Source: Macrostomum hystrix
Lineage: Eukaryota > Animalia > Platyhelminthes
DNA: 64,000 bases
Assembly (NCBI GenBank): GCA_950097015.1
Contig: CATNEN010000003.1
Location: 14,694,001 to 14,758,000, forward strand
Reading direction: 5' to 3'
The notes beneath the pieces are model-generated. The model made no database searches and had not been told where the DNA came from. It saw only the letters and a list, made by a program, of their open reading frames with translations. Both the position numbers and the translations under genes were made by a program. Below, in pieces: positions 50,729 to 63,415 of this stretch. The first letter of the stretch is position 1, and the number at the start of each line of letters is the position of its first letter.

Positions 50729-51388
50729 TCCTGAGCACACACGCACACAGATAGGCACACGCTCACACAGGTGTGTACATCTGCCCTGACTTTCTCATTG
50801 TCAGTCAGTGAACACTCTCACTTGGTCTTGGAGGTTGGCCCTCAAGGGTGTAAATTGTACGACAAGCCCCCTTACCCGCTAAAAAAATAGGGATGTTTCT
50901 TTGGGTGATTCCAGTTGGAATCTGCGGTGTTTCCAGAAAAAGAAACAGCCGACCGCTGGAAACATACCAATCGGATGATTCCATGCTTAGAATCTACCCA
51001 ACTGGGCGTTTTCTCGGAGCTTCTTGGTGGCGAAATGGAATCACCCAAAGAATCCTCCAGTTCGGAAGATTCCATGCTCAGAAACCGCCGAGGAATCGCC
51101 CGTAAATAATTCTCTGGTTGTCCCATGGGCCACTGGTTCGGGTGATTCTTCGGCGGTTTCCGCACAATTTCCGGTTACATCGGCTGCTTCCTGGGTGGTT
51201 TCTTTAACTCTTGCGAGATAGGGGGATTTCGGTAGATTCCACTCCTATTTTGCACAAAAAACCCGCCGAAGAAGCAGCCGAATTTTTTACAGGGTAAGCC
51301 TTCTCTCCGCGGCTGCGCCATAATAAATGAAATGAATGTGGCCTCGCCGCGGAATCGAGCTCAGGGACCTAGGTGCGAGAGGCAGACG
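50729..51388 (-). mobile_element. SINE family 1 copy interrupted by a MITE
   Basis: The SINE body ...gacaagccccc resumes as agccttctctccgcgg after 51294. Confidence 0.85.
50875..51294. mobile_element. 420-bp MITE with CCC...GGG termini flanked by TA (CMC/EnSpm-like)
   Basis: ta|CCCGCTAAAAAAAT...AATTTTTTACAGGG|ta, with internal GGAATC/GATTCC motifs. Boundaries are defined by the host SINE. Confidence 0.75.
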
Positions 51389-52771
51389 GACCCTTCGATT
51401 GTCTAGTTTTTTTGGTAATGACTATTGAATTGATCTATTGAAGTGATAACAGTTCAAATAACCTGGATTTCTTAGAAAATAAAGTAACTTTGAACAAAAA
51501 AACAAAAGTTTGACTCACGATGCTATTACGAACAACTAATTTTGCTTGCCATCTAGTTTAGTCATTCTTATTCTGCATCTTCCAAATCCGTATTATTTCA
51601 TCGGAGCCGTTAGAAGTTATGAAATTTTTGTATAATCATATTTTTGTTGTTGATATATTCCTGTAAGTTGTTGTGAACAGATTTTAACAATCGTTTATAG
51701 AGAACAGTTGTGTCGTAATCGTAGTTTAGAGTTTGCTATCTGTATGTGTGTGTGTAAAGCGATATTTTGGATGTTATCTTTCGTGTTTTATGATCAATCT
51801 TTGTTTAATTCTATTGTTGTAAAAACACTGTTCTTTTGTAACAATATTGTAAACTCGGTATTACACGCTCAAAAAGTGCTGATGATGATGTAAAGATAAA
51901 TGTACAAGTTATTACAACCTAAAAACTAAATAAACCTGTTGGAACATATTTGAAGCGTTCTCATGAGAAAGCTCTGCTTGTTGTTTGTGTCTAATAAACA
52001 CATTTTTTGTCTTGCGTCTACGATCTTTCTTTCCGGGTTTGTATAAACGTCAATTTTCGTTTTGACGTTAATTAATTTAAATTATTACCGAATTTTCGAA
52101 ATTTTATTTTCTACTTTTTACTGCAATTTTTTCAGATTTTATTATAGTGATTCGTTTGTCTAAGTTTTGTTATATTGGTATTTAATTTTCTGGGTTTTTT
52201 ACGCTACTTATTTTCCGATTTAAATTAGTTAAACTTTTCCATTTAAGAAGTAAAAAACTATTATCGACAGTTCGATGGTACCCAAAAAAATTTAAGTGCT
52301 CGAAATTAAAAAATACGATATACTCGTAAAAGTTTATTTATGATGTATTCCTGTGTCCTAGTGATCGATTCTGGTGCATGTGTCATTTATAAAATAAAAA
52401 TTAGCTTAGTGCCTGAATCTTCGCAGCTCTCACAGGTGGCTGAATGGCCTGTTTCACAGATATGACGAACTCGTTATTGTTATATTTACACCTTTTCTTT
52501 TAAGGCGCAGGTTTTCGCACTGGCTTTAGAACTGATGTCTTTAAGTGGTTTTACCTTTAAGCCTTTCTATTCTATTCCTTTGGATTCCGCCACTTAGCAA
52601 AAAAACGGTATCGGTTACACCTGCTTCCACTTCTGGCACTTAGAAATGCACTCATTCAATGATAGCTAAGGGCGTAAAGTGTCGATCATTTTTTCGTCGA
52701 TGGCTTTTTTTAGATCGAATTCTCTTTATTGTAGTGGCTTCTCTGTGTTCGAAATATTATCGAAGATATTG

Positions 52772-52974
52772 GTCTGTCTGCCTGTCTGTCTGCCTGTCTG
52801 TCTGCCTGTCTGCCTGTCTGTCTGTCTGTCTGCCTGTCTGTCTGTCTGTCTGTCTGCCTGTCTGTCTGTCTGCCTGTCTGTCTGTCTGCCTGTCTGTCTG
52901 CCTGTCTGTCTGCCTGTCTGTCTGTCTGTCTGTCTGCCTGTCTGTCTGCCTGTCTGTCTGTCTGTCTGTCTGCC

Positions 52975-53007
<33 letters not shown>

Positions 53008-53571
53008 GCCTGTCTGTCTGTCTGTCTGCCTGTCAGTCTGCCTGTCTGTCTGTCTGTCTGCCTGTCTGTCTGTCTGCCTGCCTGTCTGTCTGCCTGTCTG
53101 TCTGTCTGCCTGTCTGCCTGTCTGTCTGCCTGTCTGCCTGTCTGTCTGTCTGTCTGCCTGTCTGTCTGCCTGTCTGTCTGCCTGTCTGCCTGTCTGTCTG
53201 TCTGCCTGTCTGTCTGTCTGTCTGCCTGTCTGTCTGCCTGTCTGTCTGCCTGTCTGCCTGTCTGTCTGTCTGTCTGTCTGTCTGTCTGCCTGTCTGTCTG
53301 CCTGTCTGTCTGTCTGCCTGTCTGTCTGTCTGTCTGCCTGTCTGTCTGCCTGTCTGTCTGCCTGTCTGTCTGCCTGTCTGTCTGCCTGTCTGTCTGCCTG
53401 TCTGCCTGTCTGTCTGCCTGTCTGTCTGTCTGTCTGCCTGTCTGTCTGCCTGTCTGCCTGTCTGTCTGTCTGTCTGTCTGTCTGTCTGCCTGTCTGTCTG
53501 TCTGTCTGTCTGCCTGTCTGCCTGTCTGTCTGCCTGTCTGTCTGTCTGTCTGTCTGTCTGTCTGCCTGTCT
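52772..53571. repeat. (TCTG/CCTG)n tetranucleotide microsatellite
   Basis: Direct reading. Confidence 0.97.
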
Positions 53572-54082
53572 ATCTATTTAATGGGTGTTGTATGTATATG
53601 TTAGGTTCTGTTTTTTTTTATTTCTATTTACCATTACCTGCACATTCTGAGGCAGTTCATTCACTCATTACTGTTTAGTGAAGACCAATTCTCGTATGGC
53701 TGTCTCTTTGGATTGCGCACAATATCCTTGAGTCGATAGATATTTAAATATCATTGCTCAATATTGGGATATTGATTGACAACTGATAATTGCTACCCAC
53801 ACGAGTTGCAAGTTGGCCTTACATGCGCCGGGTAGGTAGGTATAAGTGTATTCTTTAGTAAAACTGGTGCAAAACAATTTCGTCTATCATATTGAGCTGC
53901 TGAAATGATGCTCTTACAATCTTCATTTCACATCAACAACGAGGGTTACTTCCATACTTTTTGTTTTACTTGTTCGTATTTAGAACTGGAGTTTAGTTTT
54001 ATAATTCTTCTCGTAGTTAAATAAATACCCATATGCGAAGTCTAAAAAGTACAACAATGTAATTTTAAAGATTCCATTCCAA

Positions 54083-57000
54083 GAAGGAACCGTACCCAGA
54101 ATCGAAGGAGTCGAAGCTAGAATCAAAGCAGGAACCGTTGATAGAATCGAAGCTAGAAACGTAGATAGAATCAAAGCAGGAACTGCTGGTAGAATCGAAG
54201 CAGGAATCGTAGCAAGAATCGAAGCAAGAACCGTTGATAGAACTGAAGAATAAACCTTATTTAGAATGGAAGCAGGAACTGCAAACGGAATCGAAGCAGG
54301 AATTGTAGCTAGAATCGACGGAGGAATCGTAGCAAGAATCAATCCTAGAATCGAAGCAGGAATCGTAGGTAGAATCGAAGAAGGAACCGTAGGTAGAATC
54401 GAAGCAGGAATCGTTGATAGAACTGAAGAATAAACCTTATTTAGAATAGAAGCAGGAATTGTAGCTAGAATCGACGGAGGAATCGTAGCAAGAATCAACG
54501 CAAGAATCGTAACTAGAATCGAAGCAGGAATCGTAACTAGAATCGAAGATGGAACCGTAGTTAGAATCGAAGCAGGAATCGTAGGTAGAATCGAAGAAGA
54601 AACCGTAGGTAGAATCGAAGCAGGAATCGTATGTAGAATCGAAGCCGGAATCGTAGGTAGGATCGAAGCCGGAATCGTAGCAAGAAGCGTAGCTAGAATG
54701 GTAGCTAGAATCGAAGCAGGAACCGTTGATAGAATCGAAGCCGGAATCGTATCTAGAATTGAAGTAGGAATCGCAGATAGAATCGAAGCCGGAATCGGAT
54801 CTAGAATCGAAGCAGGAAGTGTAGCTAGAATCGAAGCTGGAATCGTAGATAGAATCGAAACAATCATGATTAAATGAAGTATTTCCTATTATTGGCGCAA
54901 TTTTCGATCTTAATGTCCTCTACGTAAAACCAGATGAATTTCAATTCTTCAAAAGAAAGCAAAATTATTTTCTTGTAGCAACTAGCTCTTATAGTTTGCC
55001 TGCATCTATAAGGCATCTATTAGGGTATCATTTTCCTCATCATACGTATGAATTGAAACTCGTAGTTTAGCTTAACTAAAAATTCGCTAAATCATGCTTT
55101 TTGGAAAACGTTGAACGGTAATAGAGTAAGAGCGAGACACAGTGCTTGAAATTTGAGAATCTTTGGGTGCAAATGTAAATGTAGATTAATCCACGTTTTT
55201 ATTTGATGATTGGTCAATAGTACACGATACTTTAATGGCAAGCTTTTCTCTATTGCGCTCTATTAATTCATAAGGCTAACTGTTAGACTGTTAGGCTGTT
55301 GTGTTAGACAGTCTTGCGTTAGACAAGCTGTTAGACAGGCTGTTAGAAATGCTGTTAGACAGGCTGTTACACAGGCTGTTACACAGGCTGTTACACAGTC
55401 TTGCGTTAGACAAGCTGTTAGACAGGCTGTTAGACAGTCTTATGTTAGACGGTCTTGTGTTAGACAGTCTTGTGTTAGACAGGCTGTTAGACAGTCTTAT
55501 GTTAGACGGTCTTGTGTTAGACAGTCTTGTGTTAGACAGTCTTGTGTTAGACAGTCTTATGTTAGACAGTCTTGTGTTAGACAGGCTGTTAGACAGTCTT
55601 GTGTTAGACAGTCTTGTGTTAGACAGTCTTGTGTTAGACAGTCTTGTGTTAGACAGTCTTGTGTTAGACAGGCTGTTAGACAGTCTTATGTTAGACGGTC
55701 TTGTGTTAGACAGTCTTGTGTTAGACAGGCTGTTAGACAGTCTTGTGTTAGACAGGCTGTTAGACAGTCTTGTGTTAGACAGTCTTGTGTTAGACGGTCT
55801 TGTGTTAGACAGTCTTGTGTTAGACAGGCTGTTAGACAGTCTTGTGTTAGACAGGCTGTTAGACAGTCTTGTGTTAGACAGTCTTGTGTTAGACAGTCTT
55901 GTGTTAGACAGTCTTGTGTTAGACAGGCTGTTAGACAGTCTTATGTTAGACGGTCTTGTGTTAGACAGTCTTGTGTTAGACAGGCTGTTAGACAGTCTTA
56001 TGTTAGACGGTCTTGTGTTAGACAGTCTTGTGTTAGACAGGCTGTTAGACAGTCTTGTGTTAGACAGGCTGTTAGACAGTCTTGTGTTAGACAGGCTGTT
56101 AGACAGTCTTGTGTTATACAGGCTGTTTGACAGTCTTGTGTTAGACAGGCTGTTAGACAGTCTTGTGTTAGACAGGCTGTTTGACAGTCTTGTGTTAGAC
56201 AGGCTGTTAGACAGTCTTGTGTTAGACAGGCTGTTAGACAGTCTTGTGTTAGACAGGCTGTTAGACAGTAGTCACGAGTGGCTAACTGTGTTAAAGGGAT
56301 AATAAGCAGTTGTCCCACTATATTTTAAGAAGCTCAGCTTAACTTTGCAAAAAGTATTGCCAGGGGTTAGCGATATGGGCGTCATCAGCCGCCTCCTCGC
56401 TGCGTCCGTCATGGAGGCCCCCTGCCGCTAAGTAAAGTAAGTCAATGCAAAAAGTATACAATTTTCCTAGCCTATTCATTGAGTCGAAGCAGGAATCGTA
56501 GAATCGAAGCAAGAACCGTTGATAGAACTGAAGAATAAACCTTATTTAGAATGGAAGCAGGAACTGCAAACGGAATGGAAGCAGGAATTGTAGCTAGAAT
56601 TGAAGAAGGAACCGTAGGTAGAATCGAAGCAGGAATCGTTGATAGAACAGAAGAATAAACCTTATTTAGAATAGAAGCAGGAATTGTAGCTAGAATCGAC
56701 GGAGGAATCGTAGCAAGAATCAATGCAGGAATCGTAACTAGAATCGAAGATGGAACCGTAGTTAGAATCGAAGCAGGAATCGTAGGTAGAATCGAAGAAG
56801 AAACCGTAGGTAGAATCGAAGAAGAAACCGTACGTAGAATCGAAGCAGGAATCGTATGTAGAATCGAAGCCGGAATCGTAGGTAGGATCGAAGCTGGAAT
56901 CGTAGCAAGAAGCGTAGCTAGAATGGTAGCTAGAATCGAAGCAGGAACCGTTGATAGAATCGAAGCCGGAATCGTATCTAGAATTGAAGTAGGAATCGCA

Positions 57001-58212
57001 GATAGAATCGAAGCCGGAATCGGATCTAGAATCGAAGCAGACAGGCTGTTAGACAGTCTTATGTTAGACGGTCTTGTGTTAGACAGTCTTGTGTTAGACA
57101 GTCTTGTGTTAGACAGTCTTATGTTAGACGGTCTTGTGTTAGACAGTCTTATGTTAGACAGTCTTGTGTTAGACAGTCTTATGTTAGACAGTCTTGTGTT
57201 AGACAGGCTGTTAGACAGTCTTGTGTTAGACAGTCTTGTGTTAGACAGTCTTGTGTTAGACAGTCTTGTGTTAGACAGTCTTGTGTTAGACAGGCTGTTA
57301 GACAGTCTTATGTTAGACGGTCTTGTGTTAGACAGTCTTGTGTTAGACAGTCTTGTGTTAGACAGTCTTGTGTTAGAAAGTCTTATGTTAGACAGTCTTG
57401 TGTTAGACAGGCTGTTAGACAGTCTTGTGTTAGACAGGCTGTTAGACAGTCTTGTGTTAGACAGGCTGTTAGACAGTCTTGTGTTAGACAGGCTGTTAGA
57501 CAGTCTTGTGTTAGACAGGCTGTTAGACAGTCTTGTGTTAGACAGGCTGTTAGACAGTCTTGTGTTAGACAGGCTGTTAGACAGTCTTGTGTTAGACAGG
57601 CTGTTAGACAGTCTTGTGTTAGACAGGCTGTTAGACAGTCTTGTGTTAGACAGGCTGTTAGACAGTCTTGTGTTAGACAGGCTGTTAGACAGTCTTGTGT
57701 TAGACAGGCTGTTAGACAGTCTTGTGTTATACAGGCTGTTAGACAGTCTTGTGTTAGACAGGCTGTTAGACAGTCTTGTGTTAGACAGGCTGTTAGACAG
57801 TCTTGTGTTAGACAGGCTGTTAGACAGTCTTGTGTTAGACAGGCTGTTAGACAGTCTTGTGTTAGACAGGCTGTTAGACAGTCTTGTGTTATACAGGCTG
57901 TTTGACAGTCTTGTGTTAGACAGGCTGTTAGACAGTCTTGTGTTAGACAGGCTGTTAGACAGTCTTGTGTTAGACAGGCTGTTAGACAGTCTTGTGTTAG
58001 ACAGGCTGTTTGACAGTCTTGTGTTAGACAGGCTGTTAGACAGTCTTGTGTTAGACAGGCTGTTAGACAGTCTTGTGTTAGACAGGCTGTTAGACAGTAG
58101 TCACGAGTGGCTAACTGTGTTAAAGTGATAGTAAGCAGTTGTCCCACTATATTTTAAGAAGCTCAGCTTACCTATGCAAAAAGTATACAATTTTCCTAGC
58201 CTACTCATTGAG
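54083..58212. repeat. Tandem segmental duplication of a 24-bp array (54083-54860; 56483-57039), a 15/12-bp array (55281-56268; 57040-58097) and a unique tail
   Basis: Units tagaatcgaagcaggaatcgtagg and tgttagacagtcttg / tgttagacaggc. The unique tail tagtcacgagtggctaactgtgttaaag...ttttcctagccta occurs twice. Confidence 0.9.
56358..56445 (+). mobile_element. 88-bp 5'-truncated non-LTR insertion (RTE-like AAGT tail) with a 12-bp TSD
   Basis: TGCAAAAAGTAT at 56346-56357 and 56446-56457. The empty site is at ~58175 in the duplicate copy. Confidence 0.8.
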
Positions 58213-58807
58213 TGCCATTGGTTGTCAATATGTAATTGTAAAATCTAGTTAATAACAAGGAGCTGATCTGACAGGACAAGACAGATTGAATTATATTGTA
58301 AGAATCGAATTAGACAATTCTGTCGACATTCGTGTTTCAGCGCTTTGTTAATTTGAATTCCTTGCTTTTAGGAGGAGAATCCATCAATGACCTGATGACG
58401 GCTTAGAAATCACGGGATTTAGTGATTGTTGGATTGGATTTTCAGTCGTTGTGACTCAAAGTATTAGACAAATGATCACGACATTGCATCAGAATATTGG
58501 ACAGGAGGGAGGGAAGGATGGGGCTTATTTGGGAAAAAACTGAAAATATCATTTGGGCTTTTTGATCTATAATCAAATCATTTTTTTCTCTTTCTATGCG
58601 GTCATGTGAGCACGCATAGCTCCTAGTACTCAAGTTACTTAGAGAATACAAAATCACGATTTCATTTTGTTTGCAAAATTTCAACTTTCCGGACCTGCTC
58701 AGGGCTATGAACAGATGTATAATAAGATTATCCATATTCGATAGCTTTCTGTGGGATAATGAGGGATAATAGATCAGGCTCAATTGGATTGACTAAGTAG
58801 ATTTAGG

Positions 58808-59775
58808 TTAGAGCGAGATGGAGAGACAAGAGGGTAGAGAGGGTGAGATCAGAGCGAGATGGAGAGAGTAGAGAGGGTGAGATTGGAGCGAGATGGAGAG
58901 AGTAGAGAGGGTGAGATTAGAGCGAGATGGAGAGAGTAGAGAGGGTGAGATGGAGAGAGTAGAGAGGGTGAGATGGAGAGAGTAGAGAGGGTGAGATGGA
59001 GAGAGTAGAGAGGGTGAGATCAGAGCGAGATGGAGAGAGTAGAGAGGGTGAGATTGGAGCGAGATGGAGAGAGTAGAGAGGGTGAGATTAGAGCGAGATG
59101 GAGAGAGTAGAGAGGGTGAGATGGAGAGAGTAGAGAGGGTGAGAGTAGAGAGGGTGAGATGGAGAGAGTAGAGAGGGTGAGATCAGAGCGAGATGGAGAG
59201 AGTAGATAGGGTGAGATCAGAGCGAGATGGAGAGAGTAGAGAGGGTGAGATTAGAGCGAGATGGAGAGAGTAGAGAGGGTGAGATGGAGAGAGTAGAGAG
59301 GGTGAGATTAGAGCGAGATGGAGAGAGTAGAGAGGGTGAGATTAGAGCGAGATGGAGATAGTAGAGAGGGTGAGATCAGAGCGAGATGGAGAGAGTAGAG
59401 AGGGTGAGATTGGAGCGAGATTGAGAGAGTAGGGAGGATGAGATTAGAGCGAGATGGAGATAGTAGAGAGGGTGAGATCAGAGCGAGATGGAGAGAGTAG
59501 AGAGGGTGAGATTGGAGCGAGATGGAGAGAGTAGAGAGGGTGAGATTAGAGCGAGATGGAGAGAGTAGAGAGGGTGAGATGGAGAGAGTAGAGAGGGTGA
59601 GATGGAGAGAGTAGAGAGGGTGAGATGGAGAGAGTAGAGAGGGTGAGATCAGAGCGAGATGGAGAGAGTAGATAGGGTGAGATCAGAGCGAGATGGAGAG
59701 AGTAGAGAGGGTGAGATTAGAGCGAGATGGAGAGAGTAGAGAGGGTGAGATGGAGAGAGTAGAAGGTGAGATTAA
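58808..59775. repeat. Purine-rich 23/33-bp composite minisatellite
   Basis: gagatggagagagtagagagggt with or without gagattagagc. Confidence 0.94.
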
Positions 59776-60269
59776 GAGAGGAGTGTGAGAGAGGAGCGAT
59801 AGGTTAATAGGTGCGTCAGATAATTTAAACCAGAATTAAAGTGCTTAGTTAGAAATGCCACGTTGATGAAAGAAAATCCTGTAATGTAAATATCTGATAT
59901 GTTAATGGACTAGGTAAAAATGTCGAACAAATGCAAAGATAAATAGACCATGATTTAATGCTATTTATCTCACAGGGGATATTTAAAGAGCTTTGATTTA
60001 GCAATAATGAACGACATTTTGGCTGCATGTTGTACATTTGAAATCAGTAGCAAACAGTCACAGTTGCTGAATCAAGAACTGTGACTATCATTCCATGCAT
60101 TGTCAATACCTCACAGCATGTTGTCGGTGACATGACTTTGCTCTTATTTCTAGGAAAATTTGCATATTTAAATAGCGCCTGTTTGTTAGTTTGACCGAAG
60201 TCCAGCAGAAGTTGTATCGATTGTTGCAGCAGTCTTGATACCTGATCTTATATGCATTGATTATGAAAC

Positions 60270-61483
60270 ATTTCGGTCATTCTATACAACATTCTGGTCA
60301 TTGTATACGACATTCTGGTCATTGTATACGACATTCTGGTCATTGTATACGACATTCTGGTCATTCTATACGACATTCTGGTCATTCTATATGACATTCT
60401 GGTCATTCTATACGACATTCTGGTCATTCCTTACTACATTCTTGTCATTCCTAACTACACTCTGGTCATTCCTAACTACATTCTGGTCATTCCTAACTAC
60501 ATTCTGGTCATTCCTAACTACATTCTGGTCATTCCTTACTACATTCTGGTCATTCCTAACTACATTCTGGTCATTCCTTACTACATTCTGGTCATTCCTT
60601 ACTACATTCTGGTCATTCCTTACTACATTCTGGTCATTCCTTACTACATTCGGGTCATTCCTAACTACATTCGGGTCATTCCTTACTACATTCTGGTCAT
60701 TCTATACGACATTCTGGTCATTCCTTACTACATTCTTGTCATTCCTAACTACATTCTGGTCATTCCTAACTACATTCTGGTCATTCCTAACTACATTCTG
60801 GTCATTCCTAACTACATTCTGGTCATTCCTTACTACATTCTGGTCATTCCTTACTACATTCTGGTCATTCCTTACTACATTCTGGTCATTCCTTACTACA
60901 TTCTGGTCATTCCTTACTACATTCGGGTCATTCCTAACTACATTCGGGTCATTCCTTACTACATTCGGGTCATTCCTTACTACATTCGGGTCATTCCTTA
61001 CTATATTCTGGTCATTCCTTACTACATTCTGGTCATTCCTTACTACATTCGGGTCATTCCTTACTACATTCTGGTCATTCCTTACTACATTCTGGTCATT
61101 CCTTACTACATTCTGGTCATTCCTTACTACATTCGGGTCATTCCTTACTACATTCTGGTCATTCCTTACTACATTCTGGTCATTCCTTACTACATTCTGG
61201 TCATTCCTAACTACATTCTGGTCATTCTATCCTACATTTTGGTCATTCTTTACTATATTCTGGTCATTCTCTACTACATTCTGGTCATTCCTTACTACAT
61301 TCTGGTCATTCCTAACTACATTCTGGTCATTCTATCCTACATTTTGGTCATTCTTTACTATATTCTGGTCATTCTCTACTTCATTCTGGTCATTCTATCC
61401 TACATTCTGGCCATTCTATCCTACTTTCTCGTCATTCTATCCTACTTTCTCGTCATTCTATCTTACATTCTGGTCATTCTATA
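60270..61483. repeat. 21-bp minisatellite
   Basis: Unit acattctggtcattccttact. It explains the 441-aa (TTFWSFL)n ORF. Confidence 0.95.
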
Positions 61484-62080
61484 CCATAAAGTGCGGAATA
61501 AAAAGCAATATTGTTGTTGAATTTCTAACCTTACTAACCCTAGAATATTATATGCTATAGTTAGTACATATACTCATAATTTCATATTATTTTGCAAGTC
61601 CCAAGTTTATTGAATTCCCACATTTGAGTTGGCATCGGTCTTCATTTTCATCGTCAACAGCCCCTTAACACATCTGAAGTACATGGCCATATAGCTAAAA
61701 CTCGTTATTCAAACAAACACTGAGACTATACCCAGCTTGTGTTTGAAGAAATGTAATATTAAATCAACTTACCTGCTTCTATATTTCTACGTCTTTGTGT
61801 GTTGTTCAAGCTTCTAGTAGTAATTAAGTAATTAATATGCAAAGACAAATAAGAAATTTTGTACAAATTTTGATATATATATATATATAGATGCATATAT
61901 TTAAACAAATAGTAAATTTTCTGCTTTCATAAATCTCATATATTTGGATTAAGGGAAAATAGAAACACTAAGTAATAGTTTTAATGATCGTGTAATTTTT
62001 TTATAGAAAATTTATTTTTAAATGTAGCCGTTTGCAAATCATTAAAACAATGGGTTAAAAAATAAAATATAAATAATTTG

Positions 62081-62224
62081 CACACACAGGTGTGTACATC
62101 TGTCCTGACTTTATCATCGTCATACAGTGTACACCCTCACGGTGCCTTCTGTGCCTTCTACACAAATTAATGTGTGGCCTCGCCGCGGAATCGAGCTCTG
62201 GCACCTTGTTGCGAGAGGCAAACT
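62081..62224 (-). mobile_element. SINE family 1, internally deleted copy
   Basis: The tail cacacaggtgtgtacatctg... is joined to the head tgtggcctcgccgcggaatcgagctc. Confidence 0.75.
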
Positions 62225-62567
62225 AGTTAGAATTAATTCGCCTCTTGCACTCATGCTGGCTCCAACAATATTGGATTTCATGTTGCATCTTTAAAGTACA
62301 TCAGAAGTGCATCGGAAAGTTGGTACCTCCGAGTATAAAGAATACAAGCAAGTGAAAATATAGCATTTATATATTTTTTTACATTAGTGAAAATAAAAAT
62401 AAAGTATTAACAGATTTAGCTAAAGCATTAACTTTCGTTATGTCAAAGACAAATAGTGTAAATAAAAATTATTGTGTGCGCAAAGCAGTATATGTATTGA
62501 TGAAGCTTTCATTTTTTTAAATAAGACACATCTACTTAAATTCGAGCTTTCCTATTAACTGGTGCCA

Positions 62568-63160
62568 AGGAATTCCCTAGGCCATTTTAAAAGGAAACAC
62601 TTGATATTTGCTAAGGGATTCCCTAGACCGTTGCTATGGGATTCCCTAGACCGTTGCTATGGGATTCCCTAGACCGTTGCTATGGGATTCCCTAGACTGT
62701 CACTAAGGGATTCCCTAGACCTTCGCCAAGGGATTCCCTAGACCGTTGTTATGGGATTCCCTAGACCGTTGCTATGGGATTCCCTAGACCTTCGCCAAGG
62801 GATTCCCTAGACCGTTGTTATGGGATTCCCTAGACCGTTGCTATGGGATTCCCTAGACCTTCGCCAAGGGATTCCCTAGACAGTTGCTATGGGATTCCCT
62901 AGACCGCCGCTAAGGGATTCCCTAGACCGTTGCTATGGGATTCCCTAGACTGTCGCTAATGGGTTTACTTGGCCGTTGCTATGGGATTCCCTAGACTGTC
63001 GCTAATGGGTTTCCTTGGCCGTTGCTATGGGATTCCCTAGACTGTCGCTAATGGGTTTCCTTGGCCGTTGCTATGGGATTCCCTAGACTGTCGCTAAGGG
63101 ATTCCCTAGACCGTCATTAAGGGATTCCCTAGACCGTTCTTAAGGGATTCCCAAGACCGT
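62568..63160. repeat. 23-bp minisatellite
   Basis: Unit gggattccctagaccgttgctat. Confidence 0.94.
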
Positions 63161-63415
63161 TTTGCTGAGATTCCGCACGTTACTTTTTGAATTTTTTAAA
63201 TGAACTATTTGTAGTCTGTAATAAAAATAGAATTTTCAAAAAGTGCCTGCGTGCGACTGTTAAAAAGCATTAAGAAGAGGATTTATGAGATATACTAGGA
63301 TTCAATAATGAAAAGCACTGCAAACAGTAATAATCTGTTAGTTGAATACATATTTTCAAGACGAAGTTAGAGGTTAAAAATTGTTATGCTCGGCGCAAGA
63401 GAGAGACCAGTTATG

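Noticed and set aside
52390-61830. Decayed gene in the unique spacers between arrays (exon-like stretches, minus-strand donor-like sites near 53637 and 61772)
   Set aside because: Frequent stops in all frames and no recognisable motif, so no call can be supported.
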